Of a stretch of 64,000 nucleotides of DNA, positions 49,565 to 63,606 are shown one piece after another. The stretch spans positions 5,142,665 to 5,206,664 of the forward strand of contig BFEA01000015.1 in NCBI GenBank assembly GCA_003427395.1, given 5' to 3'. The notes under the pieces were generated by a model, which did no database searches, was not told the origin of the DNA, and saw nothing but the letters and a program-made list of their open reading frames with translations. Every line of letters starts with the position of its first letter. The first letter of the stretch is position 1. The DNA is from Chara braunii (taxonomy: Eukaryota; Plantae; Charophyceae). Made by a program: the position numbers and the translations under genes.

Positions 49565-49766
49565 CAAAGTCGAGTGTAGATAGTCAAGGTCGAGTGAGAG
49601 CATAAGGAGTCGAAGTCGAGCGCAGTGGTCTAGAATCGGGTCGTAGAGAGTCGAAGTGCAGTAGAGTAGATTCGCATCGTAGAGTCATAGAGTACCAGAG
49701 AGAGAGAGAGAGACAGCGAGAGAGAGAGAGAGTAGCAAAGTCGAGCATAGATAGTCGAGGTCGAGC

Positions 49767-49797
<31 letters not shown>

Positions 49798-50598
49798 CGT
49801 CGTCGTCGTCGTCCTCTTCTTCTTCGTGCTCCGCCATAACGTTTCTTCTTTCACCTCCTTGCTCTGCCATAGCGATTCCCTCTCTCCTCCCTCTTCCTCC
49901 GCCAGTCTCCCTCCCTCCACATAGTCTCCCTTTCTCCTTCCTCCGCTATCTCCTCCCTCCACATCAGCCACCCTCCATCCACAGTCTCCCTCTCGCCCCT
50001 ATCCTCCATCAATATACCTCCGTCCACGTACTCTACCTCTCTCCTTCCTCCGCCGTAGCTCCCTCTCTCTTCCTCCACATAAATCTCCCTTCCTCTGCCA
50101 TAGTCTACCTCCCCCCTCCTCCTCCTTATCAGTCTCCCTTCCCCCCCCTCCTTATCAGCCTCCCTCCCTCCCTCCTCCATAGTCTACCTCCCCCCTCCTG
50201 CAAAATGGAGAACCCCTGCACACCCTCCCCCTGTCCCCCACCCCCCACCTCGACACACTGAAACCGATATGCCTGAAAAAAAACAATGAGGCCGGATTTG
50301 GGGAGTATTTGGAGAGCACAGCAAGGCCCCACAGACCAAAAAAAAACAAACAAACATTTTGGTGGATTTTTTTCATGCCCAGGGTACCCCGGGCGAGGTC
50401 CCTACCCGAGCGAGCGTACCCGGCCAGGGAAAGCTAGATGCATATCCCATATTCTGTTAAAATGAGTCGCCTGCAAGTGTCTCTCCCTCGGCTATTCAAT
50501 CTCCCATCCCTCGAGAGCCAAGACGAACAAGAAACACCCCTCTAACTTTGCAGATTGTGGGGACACAGGCGCGCGCGCGCGCGACACACACACACACA

Positions 50599-50669
<71 letters not shown>

Positions 50670-53454
50670 CACGAAGAAAACTGCTAGCCTGAAGCAATAT
50701 TTCCCCTTCCGCGGCGTAACCGCTACGCCGCGACTGGTTTACTTGTGTTTTTTTTTTTTATGTTGCAATCTTGGCCAATTTTGAAGTATACATTCATCAG
50801 AAAGTACAACGTCGTCCGATTGCAAAAAGAAATGAATGAACTTGAAAGGAGAGAGAGGGAAAGAAGAAGAAGAAGAAAGAAGAAGACAATGTACTCCAGC
50901 ATAGCCCAAAGATAATGCTCTTCTTCTTCGCCAACCAATCCCCTCCTCCTTATCTCCTCCCCTCTTATTCAAACAAGAAATAACAATAACAATGTTGAAT
51001 AGTTGAACCAGTTTTTTTTTTAACTGAGTTTGGCAAAATAGAATCTGGAGTCGTGGACCACTATAAGGGCACTTACAGTCAGTAGACTCAGTATGCTATA
51101 CGGGACCTTATGGTCATGTTTTAAAAAACAACATGAGCACGTTACGGTAAACATGTTTTTGGCAAAATAGAATGTGGAGTCGTGGACCATGTTACTTCTA
51201 TGGTCATGTTCTTTCTGCAAAAAAAAAAGTGTCTTGATAGGAGGACCTCGTTTTCTCGTAGATGGCAGTTCACAACGGTTGCAACCTGGGTTGCACAGCG
51301 TACACATATGTGGGGTCCGCGGACGTGCATACTCGTATGCACGTACACGCATACTCAAAAATAGGGCCCTCATACGTGGTCGTCGCGGGCCATTACTGTG
51401 CCCGTTTTTGGCCGTGGTACCAATTGGGGAACTTCGGGAGACTAGGCGAGGTCAGGGGGATAACAGGAGGAAGGGGTCGGATCGGGGGGTGCACCGTCCC
51501 CCCCCGATTTTGAAATTCGGGACCTGGGGTAACGTGGGGTAGGTCGGGGGTTGCATCGTCATTGCTCGAGGAGGAGTCGCCATCGCCCGAGCGGGAGTCA
51601 CCATCCCCCGAGGACGAGGAGTCGTCAGCGCCCGTGCAGCCGTCGTTGCCATTGCCCATCGCGTGTGCAGTGTCACCATCACCCGTCGTGTGCGCAGTCG
51701 CCGTCGCCGTCGACATCGCCCATCAAGTGTGCTGCCGTCGTCGCCCGGGGAGGAGGAGCACAATGCCCATGACCCGTTGGTTGTTGTCGTGGCCATCACC
51801 CTGAAGGTAAGTTCATGCCACTTTTGTCCTCCTCCACCTCCCTGTAACGTCATGTTTTTTTGTCACCTATGGGAGGAGGAGGAACCAGATCGCGATGGGG
51901 AGGACGAGGAGGGGGAATATCTTCCTCCTCTCCTCCTCCCCCTCCTATACATTTACACACTACATATTATACATATACAATCTACACACACACACACATA
52001 TATATATATACAGATATAAACATGTACGCGTATGCGGGTTGTCGGACGTCTAAGTGTACGTTTACGTGGTGCTACCCAGGTTGCAACATTTCAATTTCTT
52101 TCTCCGTAGGTGGATGTTGCCAGAACAACCAGCTATTTAGGACCTTTTGCATCACTTGTAGGCTGTTGCGTCATTCGCATGGCTAAGGGGGAAGCTTCCG
52201 AAGGATTCGCCTAATCAATGTTTGCCATCACCGACCATGTGATCACACTACCCTAAGAAAATTAAGCAAATTTAAACCATCAAGGGCTTAATTTTGGCTG
52301 GCAAGGGTTCAGTGGTTCGGCGATGAACGTGGTAACCTCACTGCCAACCTCACTGTCGTGTCAGACGAGTAATCTCTGACCTTATTAGTTCACTATATGC
52401 AACCTCACTGTTGTGTCAGACGAGTAATCTCTGACCTCATTACCTCACTATATGCAGGAAAGTCCTAACCTATTTATTGAATGAAATGAAATTCAATACA
52501 TATTAAATATTAAATACACAATGGATAATCAGCAGGAAACAGCCTTCCTCCTCCGGTGGGCCTGAACTACACTTTTTTGTGTTGAATCACCAGTCCCCCT
52601 GCTCCGTCAAAGTTGACGTTCCTATTGAGTCCTCCACGATGCAAGGGGGAAGGGGGCTGGTCAGCCACAGCGGCAGGGGGACAGCAACATCATGCAAAAA
52701 CTTGGTTGTGCCAACTTTTGACGATTTTGCTTGCTCAGGATTGTGAACAAAAAATGCTGAAACAAATCCGGCACATGGAATTGGTGCTGATCTCAGGAAA
52801 ATATTCAAAAGGTGAAAACAAAATTGTGAGCTGAAAATGCAGAAACACACTCAGGAAAATATTCAAAGGTGAAAACAAAATTGTGAGCTGAAAATGCAGA
52901 AACAAGTGTAGCACATAGGTTTGGTGCTGGTATTTACAGGAGGCTATTCACAAACTGAAAAACAAAATTCTAAGACAAACAAAAACGAATATTCACGCAA
53001 CCGTTCCCATTTATTCACAATTTTTTTTCCCCCCACTGCTATCAGTTGGCCCCCCAATAAATTCCCATTACCTGCCCACACCGGTAATCCGTATTTCAAA
53101 GCAGTGAGGTTACTGATGGTTCAACTGGTTCTTCGGAACCGCATAGTGGGCCAACAACTGACAGTTTAATGATGATCACCTGAGTCTCTGCTTTAGCTGT
53201 TCTTCTCATCAACACAAGGGGATGCCCGCCGCACATGTGGCAGGGAGCACGAGGGGGCCAACGCACACAAGGTCCCAGCAAAGAACCGCACAGCGAGTCC
53301 CAGCAGCAGCATCGGAGGGAGAAAAAAAAAAAAAAAGGCACTGGAAGGTATCTGACCGAGATCGGGCATGCCATGTACTTGTATCCGAACATATGACTAA
53401 CACAGTGATCAGCTGGCTGTGCCGTCGCATCGCCACAAAAAAGGCCAGTCCACC

Positions 53455-53850
53455 ACCCAAGAGCCTAGCTTGGTGGGTACACCCATGAACTGTTGACATA
53501 CAGACCCATGTTCGAATCCAGGTGATGGAACTTGACGAGTGAGACCAATTACTACTGAATTGCCTGGAGCCGGTCAGCTCAATGATGTTATCTCAACAAC
53601 GTCACCTGCTGGCTAGTCGAGTGAGGCCCTATGCACACTGCCAGATAGGACCTTGCTCCACTACTCACCAGAAAGATACAGACCCGTGTTCGAATCCAGG
53701 TGATGGAACTTGATGAGTAAGACCAATTACTACTGAATTGCGCGGGGCCGGTCAGCTCAATGATGTTATCTCAACAGCGTCACCTGCTGGGTAGTTGAGC
53801 GAGGTCCTAAGCACACTGCCAGATTGAACCTCGCTCCACTACTCACCAGG
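53455..53850 (+). mobile_element. tRNA-derived SINE-like element with a 179-bp tandem duplication of B box plus body
   Basis: A box TAGCTTGGTGG (53466-53476), B box GTTCGAATCC (53510-53519). Segment starting ATACAGACCC at 53498 repeats at 53677. Confidence 0.65.
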
Positions 53851-55014
53851 AACAACCGAAGAAAAAAAAACTGCTGAGAAGAAAAACCGACGATTCCATT
53901 CTTTTGTCATTTGTGCACGTGGTGAGTAGTGCAGCGAGGCCCTCTCCACTGCTCACCAAACGGGCAGAGGACCTGAATGTTAGGCTGATCCCCTTAAGGG
54001 TCCGCACAGGACAATTCTTACTACGGGATCTCTGAATTCTCCTTGGTATGGTACCACCGTGGAGTTATTTCCCCAGTTCCCACGATCTCGAATTTAATTG
54101 AATTGTCTCCGGAAAGTTTAGGTCCTTGCGTGAGTACCTTCTCAGGCCATCTAGTGCTGCGTGGATTCTCAAGTCTCGGGCTCGCTATTGACATTAAATG
54201 TGCAAAATGAGACTGGATGCACCGCTAGAACATGGAAAAATACACTACCATCTTTTTGTTTTGTGCATCTGGAGAGTAGTGCAGCCACGCCCAAACTCCA
54301 AAAGAAGTTCCCCCTGGAACAGTGAAAGATACACTGCCATACTTTGGGCCTTGCTGCACCACTCTCCAAATGTGCACAATGAGACTGAATCTACCACTAG
54401 AACATGGAGAGATACATTGCCATCTTTTTTGTCTTTTGTGCATGTGGAGAGTAGTGCAGCGAGGCCCTTTCGTCCGGCCCTTCTCCAAAAAAGGGAAAAA
54501 AGGAAGATTCTAATTTACTGGTAAAAAAAACAAAAACGAAGAATCTACTGGCCAGAAGAAAAAACTGCTCTGCATGTCGTGGCGAACACGCGCCCGGCGA
54601 GTCGAAAACAGCAGCAACCCTTCATTACGCTGGGCTCGCCCCCTGTCCCGGCAGCTTTCCCACCACTGGAAGGAGCATCTGTGAGGGAGCGTTACACGAG
54701 ACCCGAGATTCCCTTTATGACTATAGAGAGATGTGTGTGAATCAAATGGACCAATATGGAAGCCTACCTTCCTGTTTCCTACCGCTCACATAAGGCAGGA
54801 CCAAGTTCACAGTGTGTGCTTACAATTATCCACCACTCCTCGCCACAGATCCCAACATTCGCGTAAATATATGCACTGACCGCAGACAACCTGCAGGGCA
54901 GTTGCCGAGGGGTGGGTAGCAGCACTGCAAAAAAAATTGAGTGCACCCATGCTCTGGCAATTTTTCATGCCCATAACTTTTGACAAAAGTTCTGAGGAAA
55001 GCCAGGCATGCAGA

Positions 55015-56116
55015 TGCAAGGAATATGAGTGAGAACAATATACAGAAAACCACGCAGATGTCCAGATAGTCATGTACCAAGCAGAGAGCATAAGTGCACA
55101 AAGATTTCATCCACATAAGCGCGATACAATGAACCTGCGAGCCAATGTTCAAGCCCTCAGGCCACACCAACCTACTGAAGCTGCATTCATGCAACAGGCT
55201 CGCTTCGCCTCTGAAGAACAATGTAACATGACGTCAACACCAATGCCGACCTCCCACATACACCAGGTATGTATCCTCGTCTCCCCTCATCACCCCCGAC
55301 CTCCCACATACACCAGGTATGTATCCTCGTCTCCCCTCATCACCCCTGACCACCCACACACATGCACCTCCTCCTGAAGACCTCTTGTCGGTTTCCTCTG
55401 CCTTGCGCCCTGCAGCGCGTCTATAGCCGCTAGCGCCCTGCTTCCTCTGCAGCGCCCCTCGCCACTTAGCGCCCGCGCGTGCCCCAGCCAAGCAGCGCTA
55501 ATGCAGACGCTAGTTCTGAGACGCAGCAGTGTGTCTTCATTGCCTGTGTAGGCCAGAATAGCCAGCCAGTGGCCGGCCTCCTCCCTATACGGGAGTGGCT
55601 GCCCTGCTGTGCTGCCTGAGCCTGGCTGCAGATGCTTGCAGAGGCTTCCGGTCCAATCCCAGAGTCTGCGCCCAGGCCGAAATATACAGTTGGGGGCCTG
55701 GGCCCTTTGCAGTTAGGCTCCTCCAGGCCGACGTCCAGGCCACAAGTGTTTGCCACATTCTCATTGGCTCGCGGCAGTTGTGTTACGAAAATGCTGCATT
55801 CACATTCGTCCACGGCCACTGAGTGATGTGTCGGCCTCACAATGCGTGTGCCCATGGTGCAACCACTCGGACCTGGGCTCAACCATACAGCGCAGCCCAT
55901 GTTTCCGGAAAGAGTTGGGAGGCTCACATTTCCTTGTAACGAACTATCGTGCTGCAACTGTTCGAGTAGCCCCATATGGAAAAAAAATGTCAAATTTTGG
56001 CCTCTTGTGAGTAATCAGGCCCGCCTTCACTTAGGGCGGGCACACGGCTTTCTAAAGGCCATTGCCCAGAACATGTGCATGTCTGACAAGGGCCCCGCGA
56101 GGGCTCATTCCTCGCA
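55015..56116 (-). repeat. 3' LTR
   Basis: Minus strand TGCGAGGAATGAGCCC...TTCCTTGCA, directly after the PPT. Contains a ~51-bp internal tandem duplication near 55246-55347. Confidence 0.93.
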
Positions 56117-56129
56117 CTCCATCCCCCTT
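56117..56129 (-). promoter_or_regulatory. Polypurine tract (PPT)
   Basis: Minus strand AAGGGGGATGGAG immediately before the TG of the 3' LTR. Confidence 0.85.
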
Positions 56130-56192
56130 AGCTTCGAAAGTCTGTTGAGATGCTTCTATGCAGGTGCCTTCCCCTTCAGCTTGTGCTCGTAC

Positions 56193-59100
56193 TCAGCCAC
56201 GATCTGAGGAGGTGTCCTCCCTTGTGAACCAACAATCTTCCTTAGGATCCGTATGATGCTTGAACCGAGCACGGTATTCCCTCATAGGCTTGATCGATCT
56301 TCCCCTACCAACTGGCTTGGGAACAGGCATGTCTCTGTGTTCCAAAATATCGTCGACGTCCAAGTGGCCATCCATGGTTGGGGGCAGCATTGATCTCCTT
56401 GATGGGAACTGTTGTGTCTCAGCGAAAGGTGCAAAGCTTTGAGGCGTGAAACACAAGGTAAGCGCACAAGTGACCAGGGATTCCAATCATGTACGAGGGA
56501 CCATCCAAATAACTACCCACAATATCCACGACTTCCCATGGACCGAAATATTGAGGCATTAGTTTTCTAGAGATGTCGAATTCCTGTCCTAACTTGCTGG
56601 CCATTACCCAGACACGCTCCCTACCTGAAATGTGGACTGTCCTTGATGCTTGTTCTCAAAAACAATCATTGCTTCTTGAGATTTATTGATGTGCTCGACT
56701 GCCTGCTGCATCAACTTCTCGTGCTCGACACCAAATTCTATGGTTCCAGGAGTTGCAGCACATCGGTTTTCAGGCAGCAAGAAGTCTAGAGTAGATCTAG
56801 GCTTCCACCCCAAGTGCAGCTGATTTGGACTGATGTCGGTGGTACTCTGTACTACGTTGTTGTACAGACTGGCGATGAGAGGTAACTGCTCATCCAGTAA
56901 TCCTGGCTGGGTTTCATGTAATGCTCTCAGCAGATGCTGCACCACTCTATTCATCTATTCAGCCTGCCCGTTGGCTTCGGGATGATTTCCTGAAGTCATA
57001 TGGAGCTGGCTGCCCATCTGTTCAGTAGCTTTCTTCCAGACCTCACTGGTGAATCTGACGATCGTTTTAGGCAGTCCAAAATCACGCACCCAGTTATCCA
57101 TAAACAACTTGATGACGTGTTCAGTCCTTACTATCTCTGGCATAGCAATTAGTCTAGCGTACTTAGTAAAATTATCAACTATGACGAAAATATGCCTCTT
57201 GCCACTCTTGCTGGTCACGAGGGTATCCATTAAGTCCACGGAGACCCGGACAACGGGAATCGGCAAGGGCTTGAATTTGCGGCTTGTCCCGCTGACAGAC
57301 TCTACAAGTCTGTACGTACTTCTTTACATCGTCATGCATGTTAGGCCACAAAATCGTTGTACTAAGTTAGCACTAGTCTCCTTGTAGCCAAAATGTTTCG
57401 TTCTATCATGGCACACAACTAAAAATAAACTACGCAAAATTTCTCTAGATGGAACCCATCCACCACTACAAACTCATCAATTGTGGCCTTGTTTTGGGCC
57501 TCAAGTTTGGGTATGATGTCGATCGTGACAGGGTCTTCCTTGTAGGCTTCCACCAAGAACCGAGTTACCTTGTCAGATAAGCCAAATTCAATAATCAGCG
57601 CACCTAGGTAGTCTGCCCTACGTGATAGCGCATCAGTAATAGTCTAGCTTAAGTTATACTGATATATGACCTCAATCCACCATTTGAGTGCAACAGGTTG
57701 TGATTTGATCCACTCGAGTGTTTGATGGTCAGTCCGCAAATAGAAGAACCTTCCCAACAGAGTGTCTCCAGTGGACAAGTGCCTTATAGACGGCGTAGAG
57801 TTCCCTTTCATAGGTGGACTTCGCTAACTTCTTAGAAGGCATCTTTTTGCTCATGCACTCGACCGGCTGAGCCAACACTGCGCCAATGCCATATTGGCTT
57901 GCGTCAGTGGTAACAAGTGGCCTCTCAGGATTGGGAACCATGAGAACCTCATGGTGCATGAGAGCATGCTTCAATCGCTTGAAAGCAGCTTCACACTTGT
58001 CAGTTTATTCCCATGGTGTGTCAAGGCGAGTTAGATCAATCAAAGGGTTGGCCACTGTACTATAGTTCTTAACAAAGTTGCGATAATAGCCACACATCTC
58101 TAAGAAACATCTGACCTCGATCACAGACTGAGGTCGTGGCCAGTCACGAATGCTAGCCACCTTGGCATCTTCGGGCCTAATCCCTTCCACGGAAACTTCA
58201 TGACTCGAGTACAATATTCTAGTGCGACCAAACTCGCATTTCTCCAAGTTTATCTTATACTTGTGCTGCAAGAGGAGAAAAAGTACTTTTGTCTACATGT
58301 TGAGCATGCTCCTCGACAGTCTTACTAAAGATAAGAATGTCGTTAAGGTACACGACGATAAACTTGTCTAATTTTGAATGTACCCGGCGCATTGCAAAGA
58401 CCAGAGGGCATCACCACAAACACGTACAGACCACACTTGATCTGAAAAGCGGTTTTGTGTTGGTCTTCCGGTCTAATCGCAATCTGATGGTAGTCGGACT
58501 TCAAGTCTATCTTAGTGAAGTACTTACATCCCTGCACCCTATCCAATAGGTCGTCGATGGGCGGTAGAGGCCCTGCGTTCTTAACTGTGATTGCTTTGAC
58601 GCCTCTATAATCAATGCACATCTTCAATGATCCCCCCTTCTTCAGAACAAATAAGACGGGGGGAAGGGAAAGATGTTATGCCATATTCAACCCTTCTCTG
58701 TAAGCTTTTTCAGTTGTCGACGAAGCTCGCCTAATTCGGTCGGGGCCATCCTATAGATTCTCCCTTTAGGTATCTTGCTACCTGGGATGATCTCTATGGC
58801 ATGGACAACCTCTCTATCTACGACTCCTGAAGGCTCTTCAACCAGATCAGGGAACTTTGCGATGACACTTTCTATCCCTGGGGGTGTTTTAACGGCCTTC
58901 GCTTTTTCATAGGCAAGAACCAAGTGCATACCCTGTTCTGTTTATAGTAAGCACCCAAAGGAGTCAATTAACCTACTAGCTTTATACTTAGTCTAATGAT
59001 TCTCCCATAGGCAGCTCATGCTTTGGCACTTTCTTGTCCCAGTGAAACTAGGGCTTGATAACCTCAAGGTAGTACATACCTAACAACATGTCGAATGGCA

Positions 59101-59391
59101 AGTCGTCGCTAACTAGGAACGGAATCTTATGATTTAGTTCCTCGCCTCCATAAGAGGTGCAAAACACATCCTTGACATAGTCTTCAACCACATGCACTCT
59201 TCGTTGGCCAAAGTAGATGCTACTGGGCTACTAAGGTGATGCAACCTATCCCCTAGGCGCAATCTCTCAACACAGTCGCGATTTATGAAGTTCCACGTGG
59301 AGCCAATGTCTACAAAGGCACCACACTTGCACCCATCTACACCAACTTCCACTACGAAATGCTCCCCTCTAGGACCACGACTTAGTGTCAC
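56193..59391 (-). pseudogene. pol pseudogene (aspartic protease, RT, RNase H, integrase, chromodomain)
   Basis: AFVDIGSTWNF, CIDYRGV..PPIDDLLD..KIDLKSDYHQ, YLND (decayed YLDD), TTDASQYGIGAVL, VSVDLM..IVDNFTK..HPEANGQAE, YFGPW, LDVDDILEHR. Many frameshifts and stops. Confidence 0.92.
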
Positions 59392-59639
59392 CCAAGACTA
59401 TCGAGGATCCCTTGCCGACCACTCAGTTTGTAAGTCTTCTCAGGCTACAGACACATCCAACAAACAGTGTATCGTTGGGTCGGGATGCGTCTGTGGGTTG
59501 ACTAAAGAGTCAATAGCTTCGGCCAACTCTTGAAGTGGGAAGGGTACATCGGCCCCCTCATCAGGAGTAGAAGCAACTATAACTTCTAAGTTCCACTTTG
59601 GGAGAAAGATTTCGCGTTTTTGCATCTAAAATGTTGATG

Positions 59640-61120
59640 GCCATACTCTCTGCACTTGACGCAAGCACCTCGCGAATACCGGTCACACCGTCCAACTCTC
59701 AATCATCCATAAGGTCGGCTACATTATCGATCTCACTTTGATTCCCATCGGAATCAACCATCATCAATCGACTACCCTTTTTCTTCCACTCTTGTGGACT
59801 ACTCTTCTTTCTTCAGTCCGTAAAGGGTTGTTGAGCTCCTCCTAGCGTAGCCTCTAAGTCCAGGGCTCTCTAGTTGAAGGAATCCAATGTGTGATACTCG
59901 ATTTTGGCCTCACTTACCAATAACAATTTCTTGTTGTATGTGGGAAGACATCTCAAATACATCGTCAATAAAGCATGTGGATCATAGCGTACTCCAGGGA
60001 CCACAATGAGACGCTCTACGACAAAGGCAAGTTTGCGCACGGTCTTGTACCTCTTAGTATCAAGTCGGGTCAACGCATCACTGCCTTGTTGGGCCTGCTG
60101 CGGGTTGTGCCATTGCGCTTCTACCAACTCCATAAAACTCTCTAAAGTATGGGTCTTCGCCCAATTGCTCATGTTTCTGCCGAATCACTTTCAAGCCACT
60201 AATCCATCCAACCATCACACTAGCGATCCTTCGAAATAGGATGCGGCAGTGATCACTTCTTCCTCTACAAGTGTCCTCTTCGCCCTCACCCACACTGACA
60301 CCGTTCTCAACCAAGTGCAGAGAGCCTCATCCTTCATCCTTCTTATCACCTGAGAAGGTTGAAGGCGGTTTGAACGAAGTCTTGGGGTACCAAGGCTGCT
60401 GTGGTCCCGTTGGTGGGACCGACTGTTGTGTAGCACCAGTCGCTGGACCAGAAGATGAAGAAGCAACAATTTGTGTTGTTGCTGCTGATGTACCGCTTGG
60501 TGAACTGCTAGTCTGAGACATAGTAGGACTGGCCATCACCGGTGAAGACATCGGCAATGGGAAAGTTGCTGGTCGACGACCAAGCCCACCTGTTGGAGAT
60601 GCAAAGGCCTTTCCCATCCCCTTCACAGTATCTGGTCAAGGTTGTTCTCGATATCATTCAGTTTGCTGTCCACGTACGCATGCATGGATAGTAGATCTGC
60701 CTTGAAAATCCTAGTGTTATCATCAATGACAGCGTTGTCCAGCCTTTCTACAGCAGCTTTGACTGCCTTCCTATTCTTAAGCCTAACTTTCCTAGTTCTA
60801 ATCTTTGTCTATTTTTCGGTAGCCTCTCTAAGCTCCTTCTCTAACTGTAAGCGGATCATCTCCACTTGGAGTTCTAGCGCCTCTCTAGTGCATGGAGGCC
60901 GCGAGCTGAACTACGAGCCCGCCATCTGATTAGGTGGTCCTGCTGTACTGGAAATGGACTCCGAGCTGGTAGGCATGCCTAATATGTGACCAGAAGAGGT
61001 TGCTGTTGCGGATGTAGCCATCGCTACTACGCTAGTTGTTGCTGCTGCTGCTTCCCTTGCATTCTCAAGTACACGGGCCCTTGCTTCGACCCTTAACCTT
61101 CTTTCGTCTCTCGATAGCAA
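59640..61120 (-). pseudogene. gag pseudogene
   Basis: Coiled-coil/Ser-Thr-rich N-terminus, then WYPKTSFKPPSTFSGDKKDEALCTWLRTV..AASYFEG and FMELVEAQWHNPQQAQ (retrotransposon gag-like), in the position upstream of protease. Confidence 0.75.
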
Positions 61121-62607
61121 AACCTAAACACTACGGGTAATCTACGTGTATCCTTTCATGTTTGCCTTCTACCTGATCCACTCATCAGCTAGGCAAACAC
61201 TGTCTGCACTAATGCCCACGCAGGAGCCTACCACAGCGTGTGTCTGACCGATTTGAAAAATAATTAAAAATAAAATAATATTTGGCACTTACCTATGCTA
61301 CCGTTCAAGCAGTATCAACAACATTCGCACAGACTGTACACATGATGTAATCCTACCTTGATTAGTTTCACTCACAACAACGTTGATAGGAACTGGCTAT
61401 GGTAGAATACTACACTTCTGTTCTAGGCTATCTGTTAGGTGTCACCAGTTTGTTCATCAACTAATCAAAAATAAAATAAATCATGTGAGCAGATGTATGC
61501 ATAACGGGTATGTTTGTAGTTGACAATTGAGCCTTAATTGGAATCTCCCTCCCCTGTATCCAACATGCCTGTCCTCGTCATCGAGCAACGGTGTCTAAGG
61601 TGTGCATTAAACCACCAGTACATGGGCACCTGGGCCACGGGTCTGACACCTCAAATTCTGGCATCGCCAAACGAGAACGGAGGCCACCGATCAAATTTAT
61701 CAACGACGGGCCCAACGTTTGACGTTTCGGCCTTGTTTTCTTGTGGCGACAAGTTTCGGACTGCAAGACTGGGGCCGTGTACTTGTGGTTTAACGACCCA
61801 CCCCTGTGCCCCAAGAATATGCTTATGACCAGCACTGCCCTTTTTGTATCCTCGTGTGCAACGAGCCTTACGTCTGACTGATTTGGCTGATCAAGAGGCA
61901 GTTTAAGGACGGCCCCCGAGGTCCTCAGGAATTATTCGATGTCGCAGACAGGACGACGATCACAACCAGTGGACAATTTTGAACCCCGCCATAAATGTTT
62001 ATAGACGGTCTGCAGCGTCTGCATAGGACAGGTCAGTCCGCACACCCCTCTATCAGCGCAGCAAAGAGCCTTAAAGGACAATGCAGCATGGCCTGCATGT
62101 ACTACTCCCATGGGTTGGCGTGGTGACCGTGACCCATGCTTTGTCCAGGGCCCTTCAGAGGCACCACCCTCTCCTGCCAGATGCGCCACCAGGAAGAATG
62201 TCGTCTCTCGAGGTAGAGCGCTCACGACTCCTCACAAAAAGAGGACACTCAAGGTTGGACTCACTTCCTCACGGTAGGAAGAGATTAAGAGATAGTAACG
62301 GAACAACGTACCTGTAGATAGCTGCCCCCAACCACAGATTTCTCACCAATTGAGCCAATGCGCATTATGATGACCGGTCATAGCTTCGGTACCACCCACA
62401 ACCCACTGCAGTCCCACCTCGGCCAAATGCCACATCGGCATGCTCTCATCATCATACATACATCCGTTGTCGCCACAACTCCCACGGTGTTGCCACAGCC
62501 TTCCGGCGACTCCCCCCTCTAACCGGGTGTCGCACATCAAGCCAGCGCCGATGTATCCTCACTGCACAGAAGCATTGTTAGCGCACCAAGTACCAAATCT
62601 CGGACCA

Positions 62608-62619
62608 GCTCCGACACCA
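62608..62619 (-). promoter_or_regulatory. Primer-binding site, initiator tRNA-Met type
   Basis: Minus strand TGGTGTCGGAGC, 3 nt after the 5' LTR. Matches the canonical TGGTATCAGAGC with two A>G changes compatible with G:U pairing. Confidence 0.75.
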
Positions 62620-62622
62620 AAT

Positions 62623-63606
62623 CGCAAGGAATATGAGTGAGAACGATATACAGAAAACCACGATTCAAAATCACATAGATGTCCAGATAGTCATGTACCC
62701 AGCAGAGAGCATAATTGCACCAAGATTCCATCCACATAAGAGCGATACAATGAACTCGTGACCCAGTGTTCAAGCCCTCACGCCACACCAACGCCGTATC
62801 CAATGTCACTCCTATTGTATGGCGCCCAGCGCCTCTCCTACTCTACCCAGCCTATCTTACTGAAGCCGCATTCATGCAACAGGCTCGCTTCGCCTCTGAA
62901 GACAAATGTACATGACGTCAACACCAATGCCGACCTCCCACATACACCAGGTACGTATCCTCGTCTCCCCTCATCGCCCCCTGACCACCCACACACATGC
63001 GCCTCCTCCCGAGCACCTCACCACTTAGCACCCCGCACGCCCCAGCCAAGCAGCGCTAATGCAGACACTAGTTCTGCGACGCAGCACCGTATCCACATTG
63101 CCTACGTAGGCCACAATAGCCAGCCAGTGGCCGGCCTCCTCCCTATATGGGAGTGGTTGTCCCGCTGGGCTGCCTGGGCCTGGCTGTGGATGCTTTGCAG
63201 TTAGGCTCCTCCAGGCCGACGTCCACGCCACAAGTGTTTGCCACATTCTGATTGGCTCGCGGCAATTGTGTGACGACAATGCTGCATTCTCATTCGTCCG
63301 CGCCCACTGAGTGATGTGTCGGCCTCACAATGCGTGTGCCCAGGGCGCAACCACTCGGCCCTGGGCTCATCTATACAGTGCAGCCCATGTTTCTGGAAAG
63401 AGCTGGGAGGCTCACATTTCCTTGTAACCAACTGGCGTGCTGCAACTGGTTGAGTACCCCCATATGGAGAAGAAAAAGGGGAAATTTTGGCCTCTTGTGA
63501 GTACTCAGGCCCGCCTTCACTTAGGGTGGGCACAGGGCTTTCTGAGGGCCACTTCCCAGAACATGTGCATGTCCGATAAGGGCCCTGCGAGGGCTCATTC
63601 CTCGCA
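62623..63606 (-). repeat. 5' LTR
   Basis: Minus strand TGCGAGGAATGAGCCC...TTCCTTGCG. Colinear with 55015-56116 apart from several block indels. Confidence 0.93.

Larger units (their letters stand above)
55015..63606 (-). mobile_element. Structurally complete but coding-dead Ty3/gypsy chromovirus-type LTR retrotransposon
   Basis: Two homologous LTRs, PBS, PPT, gag-PR-RT-RH-INT-CHD order, and TSD CAGA at 55011-55014 and 63607-63610. Confidence 0.95.

Noticed and set aside
52340-52905. Short tandem duplications (about 55-58 bp) as regulatory arrays; similarly 12-18-bp repeats at 19422-19562
   Set aside because: Two- to four-copy local slippage duplications, common throughout the window, with no evidence of function.
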